Shown here piece after piece: positions 29,780 to 39,232 of a DNA stretch of 64,000 nt; position 1 is the stretch's first letter, and every line of letters starts with the position of its first letter. The DNA lies in contig DYGI01000001.1 in NCBI GenBank assembly GCA_020724805.1, positions 303,157 to 367,156 of the forward strand, written 5' to 3'. Origin of the DNA: Candidatus Microgenomatus sp. (lineage in GTDB: Bacteria > Patescibacteriota > Minisyncoccia > UBA6257 > GWB1-50-10). The notes under the pieces were generated by a model. The model ran no database searches. It saw nothing but the letters and a program-made list of their open reading frames with translations, and was not told where the DNA came from. The translations under genes were made by a program, and so were the position numbers.

Positions 29780-31051
29780 ATGGAGCGCATACTCCAAATC
29801 TTTAAGATACCGGACCTTCGTAAGAAGGTTCTTGCGGTTTTGGGGCTTCTTCTTGCCTTCCGCGCCCTTGCGGCCATTCCTATTCCCGGTATCGACGCGT
29901 TTCGGCTCGAGGAATTCTTTTCCTCGAACCAACTTTTCGGCTTTTTGAACATCTTTTCGGGGGGCGGGCTCGATTCTCTTTCCATCATGATGCTTGGTGT
30001 CGCGCCATACATCACCGCAACCATCATCATGCAGCTTTTGACCATCATCTTTCCCCAGCTCAAAAAGTACTACTACGAAGAAGGGCCCGAGGGTCGCGCG
30101 AAGTTCAACCGTATCTCGCGTTGGCTTACCGTGCCTTTGGCCGCGCTCCAAGCTTACGGATTTTTGAATCTTTTGAAATCGCAGGGAATTCTCGGCGAAC
30201 TTTCCGCGATGGATTTTATTACGAACGTTATTGTGGTGTCTGCGGGAAGTGTGGTCTTGATGTGGATAGGAGAGCTTATCAGCGAATATAAGATTGGGAA
30301 CGGCATCTCGCTCCTTATTTTTGCGGGCATTGTTTCCGCGCTCCCGCAGGCGGTTATCTCTGCGGTGGTGAACTACGATCCTTCCATGATCCCTACCTAC
30401 ATTGCGTACGTCATTCTCGCGGTCATTGTCATTGCGGGTGTGGTTTTTGTGAACGAAGCGGAGCGCAAGATTCCGGTCTCGTATGCGAAGCAGGTGCGCG
30501 GGAACCGCATGTACGGTGGCGCACAAACCTATCTTCCGCTTAAGGTGAACCAGGCGGGCGTCATCCCCATCATTTTCGCAATCTCACTTTTGCTGTTCCC
30601 ACAATTTTTGGCGCAGGCGGCGGCCATATTCTCACCGGATCTTTCCATTCGGTTGAATGACCTCGTGAACCAACTTCTTGGGAACGTGATGGTGTACAGC
30701 GCATTGTACTTTATTCTTGTGGTGCTTTTCACCTATTTCTACACTGCAGTGACCTTCGACCCAGAGGAGATTGCAAAGAATCTCCAAAAAAGTGGGGGAT
30801 TCATTCCGGGCATTCGACCGGGCGAGCAGACCGCGACCGCGATCGGAAAAGTGGTACACCGCACCACGTTCTTCGGCGCGCTTTTCTTGGGCGTTATCGC
30901 AATCTTGCCGAACGTCACGCAGATTTTGACTGGCATTCAGGCATTGACCATCGGCGGTACCGCGCTTCTCATCGTGGTGGCGGTGGCGCTCGAGGTGATG
31001 AAGCAGGTGGAGAGTCAGCTTACGGTGCGCGAGTACGAGGGAATTTTTTAA
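29780..31051 (+). CDS. secY: Preprotein translocase SecY
   Basis: LGVAPYITATIIMQLL, GNGISL, AGVIPIIFA, FIPGIRPG, GGTALLI. Confidence 0.98.
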   Translation: MERILQIFKIPDLRKKVLAVLGLLLAFRALAAIPIPGIDAFRLEEFFSSNQLFGFLNIFSGGGLDSLSIMMLGVAPYITATIIMQLLTIIFPQLKKYYYEEGPEGRAKFNRISRWLTVPLAALQAYGFLNLLKSQGILGELSAMDFITNVIVVSAGSVVLMWIGELISEYKIGNGISLLIFAGIVSALPQAVISAVVNYDPSMIPTYIAYVILAVIVIAGVVFVNEAERKIPVSYAKQVRGNRMYGGAQTYLPLKVNQAGVIPIIFAISLLLFPQFLAQAAAIFSPDLSIRLNDLVNQLLGNVMVYSALYFILVVLFTYFYTAVTFDPEEIAKNLQKSGGFIPGIRPGEQTATAIGKVVHRTTFFGALFLGVIAILPNVTQILTGIQALTIGGTALLIVVAVALEVMKQVESQLTVREYEGIF

Positions 31052-31109
31052 GAATAAAAGCCGCCGCAAGGCGGTTTTTTGTTTTTAGGGCGCGGTGTAT
31101 AGTAAAACC

Positions 31110-31811
31110 ATGCAAAAACAAGCGGTGATACTCTACGGCCCGCCGGGGTCGGGGAAGGGGACGCAGGCCGAGCTTCTTCAGCGTCGGTATGGGTTTGTGC
31201 ACTTTGATACCGGCCATTTCCTCGAGAATCTCGTCCATAGTCCGGGTGCGTCACGCGATCCAGTGCTTCGCCGGGAGCAGAAGAATTTTGATACCGGAAA
31301 GCTCAACACTCCGTCGTGGGTGCTGAAAATGGTAGCGGAGGAAACAAAGAAAATTGCTATTGCGGGGTATTCCATCGTGTTTTCGGGTTCGCCTCGCACG
31401 CTCTATGAAGGGTTTGGGGAAAAAGGGAAGGGCGGACTTTACGCCACGTTCATCAAATACTACGGGAAAAGGAATCTCCATCCGGTTTGGCTCAACATTC
31501 GTCCGCAAACGACCTTGAAGCGCAATAGTACGCGGAAGATTTGCTCGGTATGCGGTCTCCCGAAGCTCGGGAAGGCAAAGGTGAATCACTGCCCGTTCTG
31601 CGAAGGCCCGCTCTATGTCCGCACTTTGGACGACCCCAAAATCATCAAAGAGCGACTCAAAGAATATCGGGGCCGCACGTACCCGGTGCTTCGCGAGTTC
31701 GAGAAGCGCGGCATTGATGTGAAAAAGGTGAACGGCGAACCCGCGCCTTATAAAGTGTTCGCGAGCGTGGTGAAAGTTTTGAAGCTCGCTCCGCTTCGGC
31801 TCAAAAAATAA
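31110..31811 (+). CDS. adk: Adenylate kinase (Zn-lid type)
   Basis: GPPGSGKGTQA; CSVC..CPFC lid; secY-adk-map order. Confidence 0.9.
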   Translation: MQKQAVILYGPPGSGKGTQAELLQRRYGFVHFDTGHFLENLVHSPGASRDPVLRREQKNFDTGKLNTPSWVLKMVAEETKKIAIAGYSIVFSGSPRTLYEGFGEKGKGGLYATFIKYYGKRNLHPVWLNIRPQTTLKRNSTRKICSVCGLPKLGKAKVNHCPFCEGPLYVRTLDDPKIIKERLKEYRGRTYPVLREFEKRGIDVKKVNGEPAPYKVFASVVKVLKLAPLRLKK

Positions 31812-32566
31812 TGCGGTTGAAGACGAAAAAAGATGTGGCCGCACTCCGCATCTCGGGGCGTATTCTCGCGGAGACGCTTAAGCTTCTCGCAAAGGAGTGC
31901 AGAGAGGGAGTATCGCTCGAGTATCTAGACGGTCTCGCGCGTGACTACATCAAGCGAAAAGGAGCGAAGCCCGCATTTTTGGGATACAAGCCGGCATGGG
32001 CGGACGAAGCATACCCCGCGGCTATTTGTACGTCGCTCAATGAGCAGATAGTTCACGGTATCCCTTCGGAATATGCGGTGCGAGAGGGCGACGTGGTGAA
32101 GCTTGATCTCGGCGTGGATTATAAGGGTTACTTCACCGATGCGGCGGTTACGGTCGCGGTAGGCAAGGTTTCTGCGCGGACCGCGCGGATGATAGCGGCA
32201 ACGAAGAAAGCGCTTATGGCGGGTATCCGCGTCGCAAAGCCGGGGCGGCGTCTTGGCGATGTGGGGCACGTCATTCAGCGCACGGTGGAAGGCGCGGGAT
32301 TTCGCATTGTAGAGGGGCTTACGGGTCACGGCGTGGGTTTTGCGCCGCACGAGGACCCGGAGGTCCTAAACTACGGCGAGAAAGGGACTGGCATTGAGAT
32401 AAAGCCGGGACTCGTTATCGCAATCGAACCCATGGTGAGCGCGGGCACACCGCAGACGCGCGAAAACCCTGACGGAAGTTTTTCAACCGCCGACGGAAGT
32501 GTTGCGTCGCACTTCGAACACACAGTGTACGTAGGTGAGGACGGCCCCGAGATTCTTACACTGTAG
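31811..32566 (+). CDS. map: Methionine aminopeptidase type I
   Basis: VHGIP, DLG..D, GHGVG..HEDP, AIEPM, HFEHT. Confidence 0.96.
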   Translation: MRLKTKKDVAALRISGRILAETLKLLAKECREGVSLEYLDGLARDYIKRKGAKPAFLGYKPAWADEAYPAAICTSLNEQIVHGIPSEYAVREGDVVKLDLGVDYKGYFTDAAVTVAVGKVSARTARMIAATKKALMAGIRVAKPGRRLGDVGHVIQRTVEGAGFRIVEGLTGHGVGFAPHEDPEVLNYGEKGTGIEIKPGLVIAIEPMVSAGTPQTRENPDGSFSTADGSVASHFEHTVYVGEDGPEILTL

Positions 32567-32649
32567 CGTTCGTCGCGCCTCTCATTAAGCCATCTCCAGG
32601 CTGACAGCCAAGTCTTTAGTCTCCATCGTGGGCGTGCCGAACGCGCCCG

Positions 32650-34887
32650 CTATTTTTTTATCTTATGCGGATTATGATTCGCGCACGCTTTATTACTGCA
32701 CCGTTCGGGGATGGTCTTCGTGCCTTCCATCATTAAAGCGCCGCAAAGCGTACAGATATTTCCGGTGGGGCGGGATTTCATGATGAACTTACATTTCGGA
32801 TAATTGTTGCAGCTGAAGAACGGACCGAAGCGACCGCGGCGCTCTACGAGTTCACCGCCGTCCAAAAGACACTTCACGCCGGTGCCGTTCGCGCCATTCT
32901 CGCTCTGCTTTACGTATTTACACTTCGGATAGTTCGAGCACGCGATGAAGAGGCCAAAACGTCCCTCGCGCTCGATAAGCTTGCCGTCCTTACAGTCAGG
33001 GCACGCTTCCCCGATTTCTTTCGGCGGTTCCATGATGCTCCCGTCGGCTTTGCGCGCGCCGAGGCACTCGGGGAATCGCTTGCAGCTCAAAAATTTACCC
33101 GCGCGCCCGAGCTTTACCACCATCGGTCCTCCGCAAAGCGGACAGGTGTGCGCGGCGTCCGCCTCGCCCAAAGTGGTCGCTTTTTCGATTTTTTCCTTTG
33201 ATTTCACGTCTTTTTTGAAGGGCCCATAAAAATCCTTCAAGGTTTTCACATAGTCGCGTTTTCCGTTCGCGATCTCATCAAGGTCGTTTTCCATCTCCGC
33301 GGTGAAGGAGTCGCTGATGTAGTTCGGGAAATGGGTTTCCAAAAATCCAGAGACTACCTCACCGGTGTCGGTGGGCTTCAGGGATTTGCCGAGTTTTTCC
33401 ACATATCCGCGCTTCTGGAGCGTGGAGATGATGGAGGCATAAGTGGAAGGGCGGCCTATCTCACGCTTTTCAAGCTCCTTAATGAGCCCCGCTTCGGTGT
33501 AGCGTGGCGGAGGCTCTGTCTGTTTTTCCTCTTCGTGCATCTCTTTCAAAGTAAGAGGCTCGCCTTTCGTAACCTCGGGAAGTTCCACATCCTCACCGCG
33601 TGCGCGGGGGTCGGCGGCGAGCCATCCGGGAAATTGCACGATAGTTCCGGTCACGGAGAAGTCGGGAATTTTGGAATCCGCGATATTGGCCGTCACGGTA
33701 TTCCGGAGGAGTTTTGCGTCCGCCATCTGCGATGCGAGCGTACGTTCGCGTATCAAGGCATAGAGCTTCTTTTGTTCATCGTTTGCGCCGGCGCTTTTTT
33801 TCCGCGCATCCGTGGGCCGGATGGCCTCGTGGGCCTCCTGCGCGCTCTTGGAGCGTGTTATATAGGTGTGCGGTGAGACATATTGTTTTCCAAACTCTTT
33901 TTCAATCGTTCCGTATATCACGGGGAGCGCCTCGCGGCTCAAATTCACACTGTCGGTGCGCATGTAGGTAATGAGCCCCTGTTCGTAGAGTTTTTGGGCG
34001 ATGGACATCGTACGGTAGGGGGCGAACCCGAGGCGCGAGCTTGCGGATTGTTGGAGCGTGGAGGTGATGAAGGGCGGGCGCGCCGCGCGCTTTACCTCGG
34101 TTTGTTTCACGGCCGTGATTTTCCAAGAACCGGTCTTCGCGGCGCGGAGAATTTCATCGGCTTCCGCCCGATCACGCGGTTCTTTCGTGCACGTGAGTAC
34201 TATCGCTTTCTTCTTTTTGGTCAAAAATTCGCCGGAAATGACCCAGAACGTTTCTGGGACGAATGCCTGTATCTCACGCTCGCGCTCCACGAGAATGCGG
34301 AGCGAGGGGGATTGCACGCGGCCCGCGGAGAGCCCATAGCGCACTTTTTTCCATATGAGACCCGAAAGGTCGTAGCCGAAAAGCCGATCAAGTACTCTGC
34401 GCGCTTCCTGTGCTTTCACGAGGTGAGGGTCTACCGCGCGGGGATGTTCCATTGCTTCGCGCACGGCGGGTTCGGTGATTTCGTGGAAGACCACGCGTTT
34501 CGCTTTTGTGCCCGGATTCAAGAGTTCCATAATGTGCCAGGCAATAGCCTCGCCTTCGCGGTCGGGGTCGGTGGCAAGATAGACCGTGTCCGCTTTCTTC
34601 GCCAGCCTTGCGAGTTCTTTCACCACGTCGTCCTTGCCTTTCACTACCTCATAGTGGGGGACGAAACCGGCGGCGACATCTATCGCCGCCTTGTTGCTTT
34701 TAGGGAGGTCGCGCACGTGACCGACGCTCGCCTTGATGGTGAACGCCTTGTCTAAATACTTTGATATGGTTTTGGCCTTGGTTGGCGATTCGACAATGAC
34801 GAGATTCATCCCGTTAGAAATCGCGCTCGCGGCAGAGCCGCGAGTCCCTCTGGGACCGCTGGCGCGGCTATTTCTAACGGGATTCAT
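32650..34887 (-). CDS. topA: DNA topoisomerase I with element-derived 26-aa N-terminal extension
   Basis: LVIVESPTKAK, ATDPDREGE, SAGRVQ, ITYMRTDS, C-terminal Zn ribbons. Confidence 0.97.
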   Translation of the reverse strand: MNPVRNSRASGPRGTRGSAASAISNGMNLVIVESPTKAKTISKYLDKAFTIKASVGHVRDLPKSNKAAIDVAAGFVPHYEVVKGKDDVVKELARLAKKADTVYLATDPDREGEAIAWHIMELLNPGTKAKRVVFHEITEPAVREAMEHPRAVDPHLVKAQEARRVLDRLFGYDLSGLIWKKVRYGLSAGRVQSPSLRILVEREREIQAFVPETFWVISGEFLTKKKKAIVLTCTKEPRDRAEADEILRAAKTGSWKITAVKQTEVKRAARPPFITSTLQQSASSRLGFAPYRTMSIAQKLYEQGLITYMRTDSVNLSREALPVIYGTIEKEFGKQYVSPHTYITRSKSAQEAHEAIRPTDARKKSAGANDEQKKLYALIRERTLASQMADAKLLRNTVTANIADSKIPDFSVTGTIVQFPGWLAADPRARGEDVELPEVTKGEPLTLKEMHEEEKQTEPPPRYTEAGLIKELEKREIGRPSTYASIISTLQKRGYVEKLGKSLKPTDTGEVVSGFLETHFPNYISDSFTAEMENDLDEIANGKRDYVKTLKDFYGPFKKDVKSKEKIEKATTLGEADAAHTCPLCGGPMVVKLGRAGKFLSCKRFPECLGARKADGSIMEPPKEIGEACPDCKDGKLIEREGRFGLFIACSNYPKCKYVKQSENGANGTGVKCLLDGGELVERRGRFGPFFSCNNYPKCKFIMKSRPTGNICTLCGALMMEGTKTIPERCSNKACANHNPHKIKK
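34810..34881. mobile_element. Start-codon-associated palindromic element, copy B (72 bp)
   Basis: Terminal inverted repeats CCCGTTAGAAAT/ATTTCTAACGGG flanked by direct repeats ATTCAT (34804-34809, 34882-34887), i.e. duplicated ATGAAT of topA. Confidence 0.85.
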
Positions 34888-35744
34888 AAAATGGTGAATT
34901 TTCCTTTCGTTTCGCGCACGGCACCATCCAACGTGAGCTCGGTGAGTCGCGCAAGAACGATATTTGGTTCAAGTGTAGTGGCTTCCGCGATGGTGTCAAC
35001 GGAAAGCGGTTCTGTGGACGTCGCGAGCACCATGAGGATGGGGTCGTGGCTCGGAACGCGGGAAGTGGGCGTGTCCGCCATGACACGTGCGAGCACGGGG
35101 AGGTCTTCCATGAGGTCTGCCGCGTTCCTGATGAGGCGGGCTCCTTCGCGAATCAACATATGTGAGCCTTCGTAGTGAGGATGGCCAGCGGGGCCGGGAA
35201 GCACAAAGACCTCGCGTCCCTGGTCTGCCGCGTGGCGCGCGGTGGCCAAAGCGCCGGACGCAATGGGCGCTTCCACGATAACTACCCCGTCCGAAAGGCC
35301 AGAAATGATGCGATTTCTCTCAAGGAACTGATTCGGGTATGCGGGTGTGCCCGGAGGATATTCGGAAACGAGCGCACCGCGCTCTTCAATGCGACGTCCG
35401 AGGGATTCGTGCGAAGGAGGATAGATGGTGTCGATGCCACACCCAAGGACCGCAACGGTTTTTCCGTGCGCGTCCAAAGCTCCCTCGTGCGCTGCGGCGT
35501 CGATGCCGAGCGCGAGGCCAGAGACGATAACAATGCCGTGCCCCGCAAGGGTACGCGCAAGCATGCGCGCCATCTCGCGCCCTTCCCGGGTCGCTTTTCT
35601 GGTTCCTACTATGGCGATGGCAGGGATATGTTCGTGCGGGAGCGCGCCGCGTACAAAAAGTTGCGCCGGAGCGCCGGGAAGAGGCGCAAAACGCGCAGGA
35701 TACGAAGGATCTTTCCGTATGAGCGTGTGAATATGCGGCGCCAT
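34884..35744 (-). CDS. dprA: DNA-processing protein DprA
   Basis: AIVGTR, VSGLALGIDAAAH, FLERNRIISGLS; adjacent to topA. Confidence 0.95.
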   Translation of the reverse strand: MAPHIHTLIRKDPSYPARFAPLPGAPAQLFVRGALPHEHIPAIAIVGTRKATREGREMARMLARTLAGHGIVIVSGLALGIDAAAHEGALDAHGKTVAVLGCGIDTIYPPSHESLGRRIEERGALVSEYPPGTPAYPNQFLERNRIISGLSDGVVIVEAPIASGALATARHAADQGREVFVLPGPAGHPHYEGSHMLIREGARLIRNAADLMEDLPVLARVMADTPTSRVPSHDPILMVLATSTEPLSVDTIAEATTLEPNIVLARLTELTLDGAVRETKGKFTIL

Positions 35745-35763
35745 TCTATATAATGATAGTGTA

Positions 35764-36291
35764 ATGGACCCGTTCCGTAAAAAATTACTCCTTGAACTGG
35801 GGGTAGGAGGCGGTGTTATTGCGGTGCTTGCCGTGATGCTCATAATACTCGGCACCTACGTGGGGAATGTGAGCGAACGTATTGCATCCACGCGGACCGA
35901 TCTGCTCGAACGTTCCGCAACCGTCGGGTCGCTTGCCGCGCTCCAAGAATCATGGAAAAACAAAGCGGAAGGTTATTTGAACGTGCTCCGCAACGTGGTT
36001 CCGGAAAAGGACACGCTCATCAACGTTTCGCGCGATTTTCAATCGCTCGCAAGTCAAACCCGTACCGAATATTCCTTTGGATTCCTGGGAGAGACGGGGG
36101 AGTCGGAAGGGGGTATCGGGGCGCTTACATTCCGCCTTACCCTACGGGGAGACCTCGCAAATCTCTACGAATTCATTGAACGGTTCGCAGGGTTTCCGTT
36201 CCTTTCTACCATCGATAACTTCAATATTGCGCGAAAAGGCACGGAAACGGCGAGCGAACTTCTCGCGCAGGGGCGCATCTTTTTCCGATAA
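35764..36291 (+). CDS. PilO-like type IV pilus assembly protein
   Basis: N-terminal TM, coiled segment, C-terminal FRLTLRG..LYEFIE pattern. Confidence 0.55.
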   Translation: MDPFRKKLLLELGVGGGVIAVLAVMLIILGTYVGNVSERIASTRTDLLERSATVGSLAALQESWKNKAEGYLNVLRNVVPEKDTLINVSRDFQSLASQTRTEYSFGFLGETGESEGGIGALTFRLTLRGDLANLYEFIERFAGFPFLSTIDNFNIARKGTETASELLAQGRIFFR

Positions 36292-36292
36292 C

Positions 36293-36523
36293 ATGGATAG
36301 ATTTAAAAATGCCCTGGATGGGGTAAAGAAAATAAAGTTCACGAAACACACCCTTTTCTATTTTTTAGGCGTGGTGATGGTGGCGTGCATCGGCGGGGTC
36401 ATCATCGGACTCGCCACGTTTCTCGCAAATCGGATGAATACCGCGCTCACCGCGGACCCCAATCTCGCGCCACACGTGCGGTTTGACACGGAAGGTTTCG
36501 AAAAACTAGGATTAACGAAGTAA
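36293..36523 (+). CDS. Small membrane protein
   Basis: Single TM segment; directly follows the PilO-like gene. Confidence 0.6.
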   Translation: MDRFKNALDGVKKIKFTKHTLFYFLGVVMVACIGGVIIGLATFLANRMNTALTADPNLAPHVRFDTEGFEKLGLTK

Positions 36524-36605
36524 AAGAAGATACGGGCGTATATCGGTAGATATTGCGCCCTCGTTCGAAGCAAAAAGATGTTATCATCCTTTTGGCTTCT
36601 CTCTC

Positions 36606-36677
36606 GGGCGCATAGTTCAGTGGTAGAACGCCATACTGATAATATGGAGGTCCTAGGTTCGATTCCTAGTGCGCCCA
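36606..36677 (+). tRNA. tRNA-Ile(GAT)
   Basis: Cloverleaf; anticodon arm CCATA-CTGATAA-TATGG; GGTTCGATTCC T arm. Confidence 0.95.
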
Positions 36678-36687
36678 CCGAAGCTTT

Positions 36688-36759
36688 GGGCCGTTAGCTC
36701 AGTGGTAGAGCACTTCATTTGCAATGAAGGGGTCACCGGTTCGAATCCGGTACGGTCCA
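36688..36759 (+). tRNA. tRNA-Ala(TGC)
   Basis: Anticodon arm CTTCA-TTTGCAA-TGAAG; G3-U70 identity pair. Confidence 0.95.
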
Positions 36760-36778
36760 CTGTATACAAGAAACAGAA

Positions 36779-38512
36779 ATGAACATACCGCGTCACATCA
36801 TATTTATTGTTTGCGCCTTCTTGCTTCTTGTGCTCGGACTTGTTTTCTTTCGGGTGCCCGTGGCCGAGCCGGCGCTTGAAGTGGCAACGGTGGATTACTT
36901 TGAGGGAGTGAAGGGGCATTATGTTCGGCCCGCGGACGGGGAATCGTACCCCGGGGTGGTGATGATCCATGAGAACCGTGGTCTCCGTCCGGAAATAAAG
37001 CAGGCCGCTGAAAATCTTGCGAAAGAAGGGTATCTTGTGCTCGCGGTGGATCTTTTTGATGGACAAGTACTTGAAACGCAGGAACAAGCGCGTGCGGTGA
37101 CGGCCAGGTTCGATCAGGGAAGAGGCATCGCGAACATGCGGGCCGCGGCGCAATATTTACGCGCACAAGGTGCGGAGAAAATCGCTTCGTGGGGGTGGTG
37201 TTTTGGAGGTCGGCAATCGGTGAACCTTTCAATTTCCGGTGAGCCATTGGACGCAACCGTGGTGTACTACGGAGGAGGGATGGCGACGACCACTGAGGCG
37301 TTGCGCCCCGTCACGTGGCCTGTGTTCGGTGTTTTTGGCGACGCAGATCAAGCGATCCCGGTTGCCACGGTTCGCGCGTTCGAAAGTTCACTTAATACGC
37401 TCGGCATCGAAAACGAGATTCATATATATCCGGGCGTCGGCCACGCGTTTGCAAACCCCTCAAACCCAAACCACGCGCCCGCCGAAACGGCGGATGCATG
37501 GACGAAAACTCTTTCATTTTTGGAGCGGACATTAAAAAACATCGAAGCAAGGTCCGAAGGAGCGAACAGCGTTGAATTGGTAGTGTCTGGGTTGGACACG
37601 CCCTGGGCAATAACGTTTTTGCCGAACGGAGATATGTTGGCCACCGAACGGCCGGGGAGGCTTCGTGTTTTTGGTGCGGCTCCCGCCACGATCGAAGTGC
37701 CGGGCGTGGTGGAGCGCGGCGAGGGCGGGCTCTTGGGTATCGCGCTCCATCCCGATTTTCAAGCTAATCGTTTTCTCTACCTTTACTACACAACGGCGCG
37801 CGGTGGCGAAACGGTAAACCGTGTTGTGAGATACGTATTTGATGGTGCTGGTCTTACCGAAGACCGTGTCATTGCAGATAACTTGCCGGCGAGCGGAAAC
37901 CACAACGGCGGGCGCATCGCGTTTGGCCCCGATAATCTGCTCTATATTGCAACGGGCGATGCGGGTGATGCGGATCGCGCTCAGGATGTGAATTCATACG
38001 CGGGTAAAATTCTTACGGTACGAGACGACGGAAGCGAGCTCCAGGTGTTTTCGTACGGCCATCGGAATCCTCAGGGGCTTGCATGGGACGAACAAGGGAA
38101 TCTTTGGGCCACCGAGCATGGTCGTTCGGGCGTGCTCTCGGGATATGATGAGTTGAATTTTGTCGAACGGGGTGCGAACTATGGATGGCCGGAAATTCAA
38201 GGGGATGAGACGAAGGTGGGGATGCGTGCACCCGCAGCGCACTCCGGCCCCACGACCACGTGGGCGCCCGCGGGTCTCGCGTATCATCGGGAGACGCTTT
38301 ATTTCGCGGGACTTCGCGGAAGCGCGCTCTATGTAACCAGTATCAAAGACGACGGGAAGGTCGGTGAGGTTCGCCGCCTCGTTGAAGGGTATGGACGTCT
38401 CCGCGCCGTTGCAGTGCACGATGGTTATCTTTATTTTTCCACATCCAACCGGGATGGTCGTGGAAGTCCGAGTTCCGATGACGATAGAATTTTTCGCATG
38501 CGCCTGCCCTAG
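36779..38512 (+). CDS. Fusion of dienelactone hydrolase and PQQ-dependent sugar dehydrogenase (GSDH-type propeller)
   Basis: HENRGL, GWCFGG, GHAFANP; then LDTPW, GEGGLLGIALHPDF, HNGGRIAFGPD, GHRNPQG. Confidence 0.85.
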   Translation: MNIPRHIIFIVCAFLLLVLGLVFFRVPVAEPALEVATVDYFEGVKGHYVRPADGESYPGVVMIHENRGLRPEIKQAAENLAKEGYLVLAVDLFDGQVLETQEQARAVTARFDQGRGIANMRAAAQYLRAQGAEKIASWGWCFGGRQSVNLSISGEPLDATVVYYGGGMATTTEALRPVTWPVFGVFGDADQAIPVATVRAFESSLNTLGIENEIHIYPGVGHAFANPSNPNHAPAETADAWTKTLSFLERTLKNIEARSEGANSVELVVSGLDTPWAITFLPNGDMLATERPGRLRVFGAAPATIEVPGVVERGEGGLLGIALHPDFQANRFLYLYYTTARGGETVNRVVRYVFDGAGLTEDRVIADNLPASGNHNGGRIAFGPDNLLYIATGDAGDADRAQDVNSYAGKILTVRDDGSELQVFSYGHRNPQGLAWDEQGNLWATEHGRSGVLSGYDELNFVERGANYGWPEIQGDETKVGMRAPAAHSGPTTTWAPAGLAYHRETLYFAGLRGSALYVTSIKDDGKVGEVRRLVEGYGRLRAVAVHDGYLYFSTSNRDGRGSPSSDDDRIFRMRLP

Positions 38513-38542
38513 CAGGCGTTTTTTGTTTATGATGTATAGACA

Positions 38543-39232
38543 ATGAAGACGATAGGGTTGGATGTGGGAGGTTCTATGGTACGCGCGGTGCGTTGGAACG
38601 GCATCCGCGTAGAAAAGCTCGCGGTGGCAAAAACGCCGCGGAGCGCGCCGGAACTCACAAAAACTCTCCGGCGCATGGTGAAAAAGTTAGAAGAGCATAC
38701 ACCCCTCAAAGTGGGTGCGGGTTTCGCGGGCGTCATTGAAGGTGGAAAGATCAAAATGAGCCCGAATAACCGCTTTCTTAAAGGGTATAACGTTACGAAG
38801 GAGTTCGGTCGTGCGGTGAGGGTAGAAAACGATGCCCGCGCGCTTGCGCGTGCGGAGTATGCGCTCGGGGCAGGAAAAGGGGCGTCGCGCGCTCTTTTTT
38901 TCACGTTCGGTACGGGAATAGGGCGCGCCTACGGCGTACGCGGCGCGGTGAAACGGGTGAAACGATTCGAATATCCAGAAAAATGGGAAAAGCATTACCA
39001 GCGCGTGAAAGGCGCCGTGGCGCTCGCGCCGTTTCTCGCGGAACATCTTGAGCCGCTCATCCGTCTCTACAAACCGAGAGTGGTGGTTGCGGGCGGAGCG
39101 GTCGCGGAGAAAAAAGGATTTATGGCGCTCTTTCGGCGCGAGCTGAAGAAAAAAGGGTTCGCGGGTGAAGTGAGGGGCGCGAAGCTCGGCACGCTCGCCG
39201 GAGCAATAGGAGCGGCTATGTTGATGCAATGA
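38543..39232 (+). CDS. ROK family sugar kinase-like protein
   Basis: IGLDVGGS, VENDA, GTGIG, AGAIGAA. Confidence 0.85.
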   Translation: MKTIGLDVGGSMVRAVRWNGIRVEKLAVAKTPRSAPELTKTLRRMVKKLEEHTPLKVGAGFAGVIEGGKIKMSPNNRFLKGYNVTKEFGRAVRVENDARALARAEYALGAGKGASRALFFTFGTGIGRAYGVRGAVKRVKRFEYPEKWEKHYQRVKGAVALAPFLAEHLEPLIRLYKPRVVVAGGAVAEKKGFMALFRRELKKKGFAGEVRGAKLGTLAGAIGAAMLMQ

